Positions 1 to 9,940 of a stretch of DNA of 64,000 nucleotides are shown piece by piece. The translations under genes and the position numbers were made by a program. The notes beneath the pieces were generated by a model, which did no database searches, was not told the DNA's origin, and saw nothing but the letters and a program-made list of their open reading frames with translations. The DNA comes from an uncultured SAR86 cluster bacterium. GTDB lineage: Bacteria; Pseudomonadota; Gammaproteobacteria; Magnimaribacterales; AG-339-G14. The stretch lies in NCBI GenBank assembly GCA_902514765.1, contig CABXSA010000003.1:2537-66536 (forward strand), in the 5' to 3' direction. Each line of letters starts with the position of its first letter. The stretch's first letter is position 1.

Positions 1-228
1 TTTATATTGAGACCAAGAAAATTTCTTTTCTGCAGGTCTATTCATGGAATTAATTATTTTTTCTTTTTTTTCAGCGCTTTTGAAAATTTCTACCAAATAA
101 GATTTTTCAAATTTATATTTGGAAACCATTTCATCTATGAAAGATAAGGTTTCGGAGCTTTTTGAATAATCCAAATGAATTAAAGGCATAAAAAAGGCTA
201 AAAGCAAAAGCAAACTTATTTTTTTCAA
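1..228 (-). CDS. mltB: Lytic murein transglycosylase B (5' part; runs off window)
   Basis: Not in ORF track. Hand translation from TTG at 228: MKKISLLLLLAFF...SFIDEMVSKYKFEK...INSMNRPAEKKFSWSQYK. Follows rodA as in the Pseudomonas mrdA-rodA-mltB order. Confidence 0.8.
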   Translation of the reverse strand, partial: MKKISLLLLLAFFMPLIHLDYSKSSETLSFIDEMVSKYKFEKSYLVEIFKSAEKKEKIINSMNRPAEKKFSWSQYK

Positions 229-1325
229 GTCGTTCTCCTTAAAGATAAAATTATACCGATAGTAATCATATTAACCACTAGAGCTGTCCCGCCTTGACTG
301 ATGAATGGCAAAGGCATGCCTACTACGGGAAATATACCAACTACCATTGAAATGTTTAACGTTATGTAAGCAGCTAATATAATTGAGAGCGTCGCTGATA
401 CCAATTTTGCAAATTTTGAATTGCTGCTTTTAGCAACATATAAGAGACGATGAATTAAAAAAGCATAAAGAAGAAAAAGGCAAAGAGCGCCTAAAAATCC
501 AAACTCCTCGACAATTACCGCAAAGATAAAATCAGTGTGACTTTCGGGGATGAAATCTAGCTGGCTCTGACTGCCTTCCATATAGCCTTTCCCAAAAAAT
601 TGTCCAGATCCTATGGCAATCTTTGATTGGGCAATATTCCATCCAGAACCTAAGGAATCAGCTTCGGGGCTTAAAAAGGTATAAATTCTTTCTTTTTGAT
701 AATCCATTAAGCTCATCCAAAGGAAAGGTAAGATGCCAATGCCTCCTAAAAAACTATAAATAATAAATTTCCAAGGAAGGCCTGATAAAATTATTGGCAT
801 TATCCCAGAGAGCAAAACTATCGCTGAGGTACCAAAATCTGGCTGCAGAAAAACTAGAATAAAGGCTGCCAATGTCGTAACTAGGACAATCATCCAGTCG
901 GATAATTTTATCTGAGGATTTCGTGTTAAATATGCTGCTGCAGAAATTGGCAATAAAAACCTCATTAACTCAGAAGGTTGAAACCCAATGAAACCTAAAT
1001 TTATCCATCGATTCGTAGTTCCAGAATTTGGCAAAACTAAAACTAAAATTAAGAAAAAGAAACCTATCCAGACCGCATTTAAATATATAGGTTCCATTTT
1101 TCTAAAATTTGAAATTGCAGCAGTAATCATCAGGATTACACCAAGAAGAAAGTATATTGCTTGTCTCAGTACCAGAGAAAATGAGCCGCTAGCACTATAA
1201 ATCATTGCTAATCCAAAAAGACCCAAAAGGATAACCGCCAAAACAATAGAATAATCAAAATTCAATAAATTTTTTCTTTTATTCAATCGAATATCTACTG
1301 AAAAGCTCAGAGGTTTATTCTGCAT
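225..1325 (-). CDS. rodA: Rod shape-determining protein RodA (SEDS glycosyltransferase)
   Basis: Multi-TM; RWINLG..FQPSE, QPDFGT, IPESHTDFIFAV, GMPLPFISQGG motifs; next to mrdA. Confidence 0.95.
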   Translation of the reverse strand: MQNKPLSFSVDIRLNKRKNLLNFDYSIVLAVILLGLFGLAMIYSASGSFSLVLRQAIYFLLGVILMITAAISNFRKMEPIYLNAVWIGFFFLILVLVLPNSGTTNRWINLGFIGFQPSELMRFLLPISAAAYLTRNPQIKLSDWMIVLVTTLAAFILVFLQPDFGTSAIVLLSGIMPIILSGLPWKFIIYSFLGGIGILPFLWMSLMDYQKERIYTFLSPEADSLGSGWNIAQSKIAIGSGQFFGKGYMEGSQSQLDFIPESHTDFIFAVIVEEFGFLGALCLFLLYAFLIHRLLYVAKSSNSKFAKLVSATLSIILAAYITLNISMVVGIFPVVGMPLPFISQGGTALVVNMITIGIILSLRRTT

Positions 1326-3141
1326 TAAATTCTCCTGTGTAAAAATTTATTGCAGATTTAACAATTGGAGCTGCAACTTCACTTCCTGACTCGCCATTTT
1401 CTATGATAACCGCTACAACAAGTTTTGGATCTTCTACTGGCCCATAGCCCACGAAAAGAGCATGATCACGTAATATAGGATTTTCACGAATTGCATCGTA
1501 TTCTTTTCCTGGAAGAATACTTTTGATTTGTGCAGTACCGGTTTTTCCAGCAATAATAACTGAATTTACATCAAAAATTTTATGAGCCGTTCCATTTCTT
1601 GCAGAAATCACGTCGACAAGTGCTTGTTCCATTTTTTCCCAGGCTTTAGTATTGGAAAGTTGAATTTCAGATACTTTTTTTGGCCTAAAAGACTTTTCGT
1701 CTTCTGGTTGAATGAATTGAGGCTGATAAATTACTCCTCTGTTTGCGAGACCAGAGTAAGCCATAGCTAATTGAAGTGGGGTAGCTAAAATATAACCTTG
1801 TCCTATTCCTAAATTTATTGTGTCACCTTTGAACCAAAAATCTCCTTTGTAACCTAATTTCCATTTTTTATCGGGAAGGAGGCCATTAGCCTCAAAGTTA
1901 GTAAGTCCTGTTTTTTTACCAAAACCAAAACTTTCAAGCATTGGCCTTACTCCTGATAGAGTTAAGTCATAAGCAATGGTATAAAAATATACATCAGAGG
2001 ATTCTGCTATCGCCTTCCTCATATCTACTCTTCCGTGTCCATTCTCTTTCCAGCCACGATAAGGCCTTGGATCTCCTTCGACATAAAATTCACCATCGTC
2101 TTTAATTTTTTTATCCCAACTAATTACTTCATTTTCTATTGCAGCAAGACCCACAAAGGGCTTCAAAGTTGATGCAGGAGGATATTGACCGGAAACGGCT
2201 CTGTTAAAAATTGGACTTTCTTTATTTGAAAATAAACTTTCTACCTCATTAGCATCCACAATTGAATTTAATATATTTGGATTAAACGAGGGGGAACTAA
2301 TTAAAGCTCTAACCAATCCGGTTTTTGGCTCTAAGGCTACTAAAGCTCCTTTTCTGTTTTCAAAAAGCTTAAAGAGATGATCTTGTAATTTTTGATCAAT
2401 TGTTAAGTAAATGTCTTTTCCGTCTTGTGCTCCTTCAGTATCTAAAACCCTTACTAATTTTCCTTTAACATCCCTTTCTTGAGTTTGAATACCAGGTACG
2501 CCTCTTAAAATGGTGTCATACTCTTTTTCAATACCCGTTTTTCCAATCTGAATATTCTGTAATTCTGCTAGTAGCTTGTCGCTTCTAATTTCATCCGAAG
2601 AAATATCTCCAACATAACCTAATACATGAGCCAAAGTTTCTTCATGGAGAACGTACCTTTTAAGAGTGGCTTTGACTTCGATACCTGGAATTGAATCTAA
2701 ATTTACTTTGGCTTTAGCATTCTGTTCTTCATTAAGAGCCTTTACCAAAGGAAAGGATTCAAACTTTTTTACTTTTTTTGCCCCCCTCAAGAAGTTTTCT
2801 TCCAGAAGATCATAGGGCATATCTAATAAATTAGATAACTTTGAAATTGTTTTTGAAGAATCTTCAATATAAGCGGGAGTAACGTAAAGATCACTCTGGA
2901 CTATATTTTCAGCTAATAAAGTACCTTTTCTGTCATATATGAAACCTCTTACAGGATTAATGGGTTTTTGATAAATCCTATTTGACTCAGCTATTGTTTG
3001 ATACTTATCTCCTTGAAACAAAGTTAAGTTTAAAACTTGAAAAAGTGAAATGGAAAAAAGAAAAATAAAGGGTGATAAAAAAAATAAAGCCCTTGAATAT
3101 TCTTCTCCTGTTTTGAATTTTTCTCTGGAAAAATTTTTCAT
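1315..3141 (-). CDS. mrdA: Penicillin-binding protein 2
   Basis: N-terminal TM; RGFIYDR; YPPASTLK (SxxK), SSDVYFY, GKTGTAQ. Confidence 0.95.
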   Translation of the reverse strand: MKNFSREKFKTGEEYSRALFFLSPFIFLFSISLFQVLNLTLFQGDKYQTIAESNRIYQKPINPVRGFIYDRKGTLLAENIVQSDLYVTPAYIEDSSKTISKLSNLLDMPYDLLEENFLRGAKKVKKFESFPLVKALNEEQNAKAKVNLDSIPGIEVKATLKRYVLHEETLAHVLGYVGDISSDEIRSDKLLAELQNIQIGKTGIEKEYDTILRGVPGIQTQERDVKGKLVRVLDTEGAQDGKDIYLTIDQKLQDHLFKLFENRKGALVALEPKTGLVRALISSPSFNPNILNSIVDANEVESLFSNKESPIFNRAVSGQYPPASTLKPFVGLAAIENEVISWDKKIKDDGEFYVEGDPRPYRGWKENGHGRVDMRKAIAESSDVYFYTIAYDLTLSGVRPMLESFGFGKKTGLTNFEANGLLPDKKWKLGYKGDFWFKGDTINLGIGQGYILATPLQLAMAYSGLANRGVIYQPQFIQPEDEKSFRPKKVSEIQLSNTKAWEKMEQALVDVISARNGTAHKIFDVNSVIIAGKTGTAQIKSILPGKEYDAIRENPILRDHALFVGYGPVEDPKLVVAVIIENGESGSEVAAPIVKSAINFYTGEFNAE

Positions 3142-3142
3142 T

Positions 3143-3469
3143 TCAATTCAAAGCTGGATCCCAAAGACTTTCCAAGTCATATAAAGCTCTTGAGTCCTTG
3201 GACATAATGTTTATTACAAAATCTCCCAAGTCTAAAAGAATCCATTCATTAGAATTTTGGCCTTCAACCCCGCTGATTGATATTTTATTAGTTTTCAAGT
3301 CTTCTAATAATTTATCCTTTATTGCTGACATGTGACGGGAAGAAGTTCCTGATGTTATGACCAAAAAATCTGTAAAACTGTTTAATTTTGATAAATCTAA
3401 AAATATTGTATTTTGTGCCTTTATCTCCTCTAAACAATTTTGAATAATTTTTTTTGATTTTTTGGGCAT
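3143..3469 (-). CDS. rsfS: Ribosome silencing factor
   Basis: DFLVITSGTSSRH, EWILLDLGD, YDLESLW. Confidence 0.95.
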   Translation of the reverse strand: MPKKSKKIIQNCLEEIKAQNTIFLDLSKLNSFTDFLVITSGTSSRHMSAIKDKLLEDLKTNKISISGVEGQNSNEWILLDLGDFVINIMSKDSRALYDLESLWDPALN

Positions 3470-4096
3470 TTAAATTTTATAAAGAGATTTTTTTGAAATG
3501 TATTCCAATACTTCATCATCAACCAATCCTGTTAGGTTTTTATTATTCATTAATTTCAGTCTTACCTCTGTTGAAGATATATTTATTAGGTCATTTTTTA
3601 AAATGAGAATTTTTCCATGACCAGAAAAAAAATCATCAAAATTAGAAGATATTTTACTTTCTAACTCTTTATTCAGTTCGAAACTGTCATTCAATTTTCT
3701 TTCTAAAACTAAAAGTGAACACAAAGACAAAATGTTTTCCCAATTTTTCCAAGTTGTAAAGCTATATAGAGAATCCAAGCCTATAATTAACGATAAATGT
3801 TTTTCGGGATGAACGTCTTTCAGATATTTAAGTGTCTCGAAAGTATAAGATTTAGTTTTATTATTTAATTCAAATTCATTTAACTTAATATTTTCAAGTT
3901 GTTTCAAAGCTATTTCAAGCATTTTTAAACGGTGCTTCTCATCAATTTTAATATCTTTGTTATGCGGTGATAGATAATTTGGAATCACTTCGATTTCATC
4001 AATAATTTTTAAATCACTAATGTACTTTAGAGATTGCGTGTGACCTTTATGAACTGGATCAAACGCTCCGCCAAAGATGCCCAATCTTTTTATCAT
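3470..4096 (-). CDS. nadD: Nicotinate-nucleotide adenylyltransferase
   Basis: GIFGGAFDPVHKGH, IIGLDS, ISSTEVR; ATG 4096 (TTG 4099 alternative). Confidence 0.95.
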   Translation of the reverse strand: MIKRLGIFGGAFDPVHKGHTQSLKYISDLKIIDEIEVIPNYLSPHNKDIKIDEKHRLKMLEIALKQLENIKLNEFELNNKTKSYTFETLKYLKDVHPEKHLSLIIGLDSLYSFTTWKNWENILSLCSLLVLERKLNDSFELNKELESKISSNFDDFFSGHGKILILKNDLINISSTEVRLKLMNNKNLTGLVDDEVLEYISKKSLYKI

Positions 4097-4099
4097 CAA

Positions 4100-5362
4100 T
4101 TAAGATCTAAGTTGTCCTTGGCCTTTGATTACAAATTTCTGACTTGTTAAGCCTTCCAATCCAACGGGTCCTCTAGCATGCAACTTGTCTGTAGAGATTC
4201 CTACTTCAGCTCCAAGACCATACTCAAATCCATCTGCATAACAAGTTGGTAGATTATGCATGACCGATGAAGAATCTACTTCATTGAAAAAAGTTTCTAC
4301 TGCCGATGAATTCTCAGAAATAATAGAGTCAGTATGGCCAGAGCCATACATGTTTATATGTGAGATTGCTGATTGAAGATCTTTGACAATCTTCACAGAA
4401 AGAATTGGAGCTAGATACTCCGTAATCCAATCTTCATCTGAAGCAGATTTAACGTCGATAATTTTTTTTGTTTTTTCACAACCTCTTATTTCTACACCCA
4501 ATTTATCTAACTCTGATTTAATCTCTGGTAAAACTTTCGCTGCTACTTTTTCTGAAGTTAGCAAAGTTTCCATTGTGCCGCAGATTCCATAACGATACGT
4601 TTTTGCGTTTATGGATATTTCTACGGCTTTTTTTAAATCGGCATCTTTATCGATAAAGACATGGCATAAGCCTTCATAATGTTTGAGGACTGGAATTTTG
4701 GCTTCTTCAGAAACAACTTTTATTAAACTTTTTCCACCTCTGGGAATTAACAAATCAATATCTCCTTCCCGCTTTATCATTTCTCCAACAAGTTTCCTAT
4801 CTTGATTTTTTACAAGCTGTATAGAGTATTTTGGCAATGAAGCTTTTTCCAAACCATCTTGCATGCATTCCTCGATTATAGAGTTAGAATTTGCAGCTTC
4901 AGATCCTCCTCTTAAGATACATGCATTTCCAGACTTCAGGCATAATGCAGAAGCATCTGCTGTAACATTTGGTCGAGATTCATAAATAATCCCTACCACA
5001 CCTAGAGGAACTCTCATTTTTGATACTTCAAAACCAGATGGCGAAGTATGAGATTGATCAGTTTGACCTACCGGGTCATCTAAATTTACAACTTTATCTA
5101 ATCCGGAAATCATTGAATCTATCCTTTTTTCATTCAACTCAAGTCGATCAACAAATGAATCTTGCAAGGCTTTCTGACTCGCTAATTCCATGTCGATTGT
5201 ATTTGCATCTATAAGCTTTGCTTTGTTTTTTAATAAAAATTCAGCAGCATATTTTAGCGCGTCATTTTTTTTCGCTTTCGTAGATCTCCTTAATTCAATC
5301 TTTGCTTCTTGAGCTTGCTCACAGATTAAATCTAACTCTGAAAAAGATGTTTTTGCACTCAT
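4100..5362 (-). CDS. proA: Gamma-glutamyl phosphate reductase
   Basis: VPLGVVGIIYESRPNV, GLGAEVGISTDKLHARGPVGL. Confidence 0.97.
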   Translation of the reverse strand: MSAKTSFSELDLICEQAQEAKIELRRSTKAKKNDALKYAAEFLLKNKAKLIDANTIDMELASQKALQDSFVDRLELNEKRIDSMISGLDKVVNLDDPVGQTDQSHTSPSGFEVSKMRVPLGVVGIIYESRPNVTADASALCLKSGNACILRGGSEAANSNSIIEECMQDGLEKASLPKYSIQLVKNQDRKLVGEMIKREGDIDLLIPRGGKSLIKVVSEEAKIPVLKHYEGLCHVFIDKDADLKKAVEISINAKTYRYGICGTMETLLTSEKVAAKVLPEIKSELDKLGVEIRGCEKTKKIIDVKSASDEDWITEYLAPILSVKIVKDLQSAISHINMYGSGHTDSIISENSSAVETFFNEVDSSSVMHNLPTCYADGFEYGLGAEVGISTDKLHARGPVGLEGLTSQKFVIKGQGQLRS

Positions 5363-5397
5363 GTACTGTATTATTGCAATAATTTAATTATCTGCCT

Positions 5398-5997
5398 ATG
5401 TTCGATTCTATCCTTTCGTTTTTAGAAACCAATCCTGATTGGGTAAATTGGGCTATTTTTACTTTGATTTTTGTTGAATCATTATTCATTGCTGGTTTGT
5501 TTACCCCGGCCTTGCTTATTGTACCTGGGATTGGCGCTCTTGCAGCTAGTGTAGGTATTAGCGCATTTGAAATTACTTTTTATGCGACCATGGGAATGAT
5601 TTTTGGGGACTCTGTTAGCTATGGTCTTGGAAAGTTAGTTGGGAATAAGTTATTCGAATGGGTACCTAGTGACTATCATGGCTATGTTAAACAAGCTCAG
5701 AAATTTATGAAGAAATATGGAATTTTAAGTGTAGCGTTAGGAAGATTTATAGGTCCCTTAAGATGTGTTGTACCATTTACTGCTGGTTCTTTAGGAATGA
5801 AACCAACAATTTTTTTTCCGGTGACTATTCTTTCAGCCCCAACTTGGACTTCTTTATACGTTTTAAGCGGATATTTTTTAGGTGTCGCTTTTATAGAATA
5901 TTTTAATTATGCTTTGATAGGATTGATTCTTGCAATTACTATTTATACTGTATACGTGGATCCTATGAATTTGCGAGAGGACAAAAAAAATGACTAA
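5398..5997 (+). CDS. DedA/SNARE-associated family membrane protein
   Basis: IFVES...GLFTP, GDSVSYGLG, GRFIGPLR, AG..GM pattern; hydrophobic. Confidence 0.85.
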   Translation: MFDSILSFLETNPDWVNWAIFTLIFVESLFIAGLFTPALLIVPGIGALAASVGISAFEITFYATMGMIFGDSVSYGLGKLVGNKLFEWVPSDYHGYVKQAQKFMKKYGILSVALGRFIGPLRCVVPFTAGSLGMKPTIFFPVTILSAPTWTSLYVLSGYFLGVAFIEYFNYALIGLILAITIYTVYVDPMNLREDKKND

Positions 5998-7294
5998 AAG
6001 AGAAAGTAATAATAAATTTTTATCCGGAAACTGGTATCCAGTAGAAGAAACTTCTACAACTGAATTAAAAATTACAGGTGAATTACCTAGAGAACTATCA
6101 GGTCTATTTCTCAGAAATGGGCCTAATCCAAAAGAACCAATAAATCATGAAAATTATCATCCTTTTTTTGGCGACGGGATGATTCATGGCATAAGAGTAG
6201 AAGATGGAAAGGCTCTTTGGTATAGGAATAAATTTGTGACCTCGCCTTTTGGTTTTGGTCCCAATACTCATGTGCTTAAACATGGCGAAAAAATTTATGC
6301 CTTAGTCGAGGGAGGAGTATCTCCAGTTATTATAGACTCTGAAATGAATTTTCTTGAAGATGAGCCTTTTCCAGCAGCAGATAACAAAAGATTTACTGCC
6401 CATCCAAAAATTGATTCAGATACTGGTGAAATGCATGCCGTGAGTTACGATTTTGGGGAATACGTAAATGGATTAGGCCAAGTTCATTATGTAACTATAG
6501 ATAGAAACGGCAAACTAATAAAAGATCAAATCATTGATACACCAAGCAGACCAATGGTTCATGATTGTGCTATTACCAAAAATTATGTTCTTATTTTTGA
6601 TCTTCCTGTAACGTTTAATCTTGGTAGAAGAGATGATGACAATAATCCCATAGGTGGAGATTATCCTGTAGTGTGGAATGACAAACATACTTCCAGAGTA
6701 GGATTACAAAATAAAAAAACTGATGAAATTATCTGGATAGAGGTAAATCCGGGATTTCTATTTCATATAGTTAATTCGTATGAAGATGACAACGGCCAAG
6801 TTGTATTAGACTTTTGTCGATACGAAAGACTGTTTGATTTTGATAATCCTCTTCCCATGGGACAAAAACCTTTTCTTACAAGGTGGATACTAGATCCAAA
6901 GGCTAAAACATGTTCCGAAGAAATGTTGGACGATAGACCTATGGAATTTTCCAGAGTTCATCCAGATTTTGATGGCAAACAACATCGTTTTGGTTACTTG
7001 CTCAATGATGGAAAACTCAACAACTATTTCAAACATGATTTTGAAAAAAGTGAAACCATCGCTCATGATTTTGGCGAAAGTTGCCAAGCTGCTGAGCCGG
7101 TTTTTATTCCTAAGAAAAATGCTAAATCAGAAGATGACGGTTTTGTAGTTGGATTTGTTTATGACAAAACAACTGATTTAAGTGATTTTGTTATTTTGGA
7201 TGCTCAAAATTTTTCGGAAGCGCCACTTGCTAGAGTAACCTTGCCTCAAAGAGTACCTTTTGGATTTCACGGAAGTTGGATTAATTTAGATTAA
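5990..7294 (+). CDS. Carotenoid cleavage oxygenase (RPE65/CCO family)
   Basis: LRNGPNP, GDGMIHG and four Fe-ligand His motifs (FTAHPK, MVHD, FHIVN, GFHGSW); EPVFIP...EDDG. Confidence 0.93.
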   Translation: MTKRESNNKFLSGNWYPVEETSTTELKITGELPRELSGLFLRNGPNPKEPINHENYHPFFGDGMIHGIRVEDGKALWYRNKFVTSPFGFGPNTHVLKHGEKIYALVEGGVSPVIIDSEMNFLEDEPFPAADNKRFTAHPKIDSDTGEMHAVSYDFGEYVNGLGQVHYVTIDRNGKLIKDQIIDTPSRPMVHDCAITKNYVLIFDLPVTFNLGRRDDDNNPIGGDYPVVWNDKHTSRVGLQNKKTDEIIWIEVNPGFLFHIVNSYEDDNGQVVLDFCRYERLFDFDNPLPMGQKPFLTRWILDPKAKTCSEEMLDDRPMEFSRVHPDFDGKQHRFGYLLNDGKLNNYFKHDFEKSETIAHDFGESCQAAEPVFIPKKNAKSEDDGFVVGFVYDKTTDLSDFVILDAQNFSEAPLARVTLPQRVPFGFHGSWINLD

Positions 7295-8634
7295 ATTCTT
7301 TCTAAAATGGCTTGATGGATACCATCAAATGAACCATTAGATAAACAAATCAAGTGTGAATTGTCTAAATCTAAGCTAGAAAGCTTTCTCAAAAATTCTT
7401 GCGTAGTGGAACATGCTTCGATATTTTTACTTCCGCTCTCTAGAGCAGAGATTTGCTTCTTATCTTTTGAAAAAATAAAGACTTGATCGGCTGAAGCAAC
7501 TGCCTTTGGAATTTTTTTGTCATGATATCCTGAAAGCATCGTATTGGAACGCATTTCCAGAAGACAAATTATCTTCTCGCTTCCAACTTTTTTTCTTAAG
7601 CCCTCTAGAGTATATTTGATAGCTGTCGGATGGTGTGCGAAATCATCGTAAACTTTGACGCTGCTTTTGTCCCCAACCAAGTCCATTCTTCTCGTTACTC
7701 CGTTAAACTTTGAGAGTGACTCTGCGATATTTTTTGATTTCAAGCCTAAAGATTTACAAACTAAATAACTGGCTAATCCATTTTGCAGACTATGCTCACC
7801 AATAGATGACCAACTAATTGACGCTTTTTTCTTTTTGTCTTTGTAAATATCAAATTTAGAGGAATCTGCCGTCACTTTCTTGGCATGCCAGCCTTTGGCA
7901 AATTTGGTATTGAAAGGAAGACTTTGGCTGTAAAAACCCATTTTCATGACATTTTTAATATTGATGTTATGTTCAGGAAAAATTAATGTTGATTTGGAAG
8001 ACATCAATCTCAATAGATGATGAAATTGCTTTTTAATATCACTTAAGCTGCTAAAGATATCAGCATGATCAAATTCAAGATTGTTGATCAAAAGAGTTTT
8101 GGGATGATAATGAATAAATTTCGATCTTTTATCAAAAAAAGCAGTGTCATACTCGTCAGCTTCTATGATAAAAAATTCATGAGTTCCTAATGAAGCAGTT
8201 GCATCTAAATCTTTCGCTCGTCCAGCAATTAAGTAACCACAATCTACTCCATTATCCAGAAGTACTTTTGTAACCATAGAAGACACTGAGGTTTTACCAT
8301 GAGTTCCGCTTATAGCTACCACATGTCTCTTGGCTAATAAGTATTTTGATAAAAACTCTGGGCCAGAAATGAAGTCTATACTTTTATTAAGTATTTCTTC
8401 GATCATGGGGTTACCGCGCGCTATAACATTTCCCACAACAACCAAATCAATATCTTTGGGCAAATTTTTTGGATTGTATCCTTCGTCAATAGTTATGCCA
8501 TTTGAAAGTAAGACTTGGTCCATGGGAGGATATACATTCTCATCACAGCCAGAAACTTTAATGCCTTTTTCTGCTGCCAACTGTGCAAGTCCGCCCATAA
8601 AAGTTCCGCAGATACCTAAAACATATATTTTCAT
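7291..8634 (-). CDS. mpl: Murein peptide ligase
   Basis: ILGICGTFMGGLA-type start (YVLGICGTFMGGLA), GTHGKTS, EADEYDTAFFDKRSKF, DDFAHHPTA; ATG 8634 preferred over ORF-track 8658. Confidence 0.95.
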   Translation of the reverse strand: MKIYVLGICGTFMGGLAQLAAEKGIKVSGCDENVYPPMDQVLLSNGITIDEGYNPKNLPKDIDLVVVGNVIARGNPMIEEILNKSIDFISGPEFLSKYLLAKRHVVAISGTHGKTSVSSMVTKVLLDNGVDCGYLIAGRAKDLDATASLGTHEFFIIEADEYDTAFFDKRSKFIHYHPKTLLINNLEFDHADIFSSLSDIKKQFHHLLRLMSSKSTLIFPEHNINIKNVMKMGFYSQSLPFNTKFAKGWHAKKVTADSSKFDIYKDKKKKASISWSSIGEHSLQNGLASYLVCKSLGLKSKNIAESLSKFNGVTRRMDLVGDKSSVKVYDDFAHHPTAIKYTLEGLRKKVGSEKIICLLEMRSNTMLSGYHDKKIPKAVASADQVFIFSKDKKQISALESGSKNIEACSTTQEFLRKLSSLDLDNSHLICLSNGSFDGIHQAILERI

Positions 8635-8640
8635 CTGATG

Positions 8641-8680
8641 ATTATATCCTTTTCCCACAAAACCTTTTTTCAGTTATATT
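8641..8680. promoter_or_regulatory. Divergent sigma70 -10 boxes for mpl (TATAAT, minus) and pfk (TATATT, plus), each 6 nt from the ATG
   Basis: attata at 8641-8646; tatatt at 8675-8680. Confidence 0.6.
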
Positions 8681-8686
8681 GCCTGA

Positions 8687-9931
8687 ATGACAAAAGTTAA
8701 AAACGCCTTCTATGCTCAATCAGGCGGAGTAACAGCTGTAATAAATGCATCTGCATGTGGTGTAATTGAGACTGTAAATAAATCCAAAAAAATACACAAG
8801 GTGCTTGCTGGTGAGAATGGCATCCTTGGTGCTTTAAACGAAGAACTTATAGACACTTCAAAAGAATCTAAAACGAATATTGCAAAACTGAAACAAACTC
8901 CTGGTGGAGCATTTGGTTCTTGCAGATTTAAATTACAGGATCCAATAAAGCAAAAAAAAGAATATGAAAGATTGTTTGAAGTTTTTGCTGCGCACGATAT
9001 TGGATATTTTTTCTATAACGGCGGGGGAGATAGTCAAGATACTACTTTTAAGGTATCCGAAATGGCAAAAAAACTTAAGTTTCCATTGAAATGCATTGGA
9101 ATACCAAAAACAGTTGATAATGATTTGCCTTATACAGACTGCTCACCAGGCTTCGGTTCAGTTGCAAAATACATTGCTACCTCAACTTTAGAAGCTGGAC
9201 TTGATGTCAAAAGCATGGCTGAAACATCAACGAAAATTTTCATTTTGGAAGTCATGGGAAGACATGCAGGATGGATTGCTGCAGCATCCTGTTTAGCTGC
9301 AACTAAAGCAGGTGATCCGCCTCACATTATTTTGCTTCCTGAAGTGCCATTTGAGAAAACTAAATTTATTACTCAGGTCAAACAAACCATTAAAGAGCAA
9401 GGCTATTGTGTCATTGTCGCTTCAGAAGGTACTCAAACAAAAAATGGGAAGTTTTTAGCAGACTCAGGGCTAACGGATGCTTTTGGTCACAAACAGCTTG
9501 GAGGAGTGGCTCCTGTTTTAGCTGGAATGATTTCAAAGATTGGATTAAAAAATCACTGGGCAGTAGCAGATTATCTACAGCGCTCAGCAAGACACATAGC
9601 ATCAAAAACCGATCTAGATCAGGCTTATGCTGTGGGAGAACATGCGGTGAAACTAGCTATAGCTGGAAAGACAGCTTTAATGCCAATTATTAAAAGAACA
9701 AGTAATTCGCCTTATAAATGGAAAATAGTAACTGCGCCTCTAAAAAATGTGGCTAATATTGAAAAAACTATGCCTAAAAAATTTATTTCTAAAAATGGTT
9801 TTGAAATTACTCAAGCAGGAAAAACATATTTAAGCCCTCTAATAAAAGGAGAGGCACCAATAAAATATGTAAATGGCATTCCTGATGTTGCTGAATTAAA
9901 AAAGATAAAAGTGAAAAAGAAATTAAATTAG
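8687..9931 (+). CDS. pfp: 6-phosphofructokinase, probably pyrophosphate-dependent
   Basis: AQSGGVTAVINAS, NGGGDS (Asp at the ATP/PPi specificity position), IPKTVDND (Lys), EVMGRHAGW. Confidence 0.85.
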   Translation: MTKVKNAFYAQSGGVTAVINASACGVIETVNKSKKIHKVLAGENGILGALNEELIDTSKESKTNIAKLKQTPGGAFGSCRFKLQDPIKQKKEYERLFEVFAAHDIGYFFYNGGGDSQDTTFKVSEMAKKLKFPLKCIGIPKTVDNDLPYTDCSPGFGSVAKYIATSTLEAGLDVKSMAETSTKIFILEVMGRHAGWIAAASCLAATKAGDPPHIILLPEVPFEKTKFITQVKQTIKEQGYCVIVASEGTQTKNGKFLADSGLTDAFGHKQLGGVAPVLAGMISKIGLKNHWAVADYLQRSARHIASKTDLDQAYAVGEHAVKLAIAGKTALMPIIKRTSNSPYKWKIVTAPLKNVANIEKTMPKKFISKNGFEITQAGKTYLSPLIKGEAPIKYVNGIPDVAELKKIKVKKKLN

Positions 9932-9940
9932 TTTGTCTTA

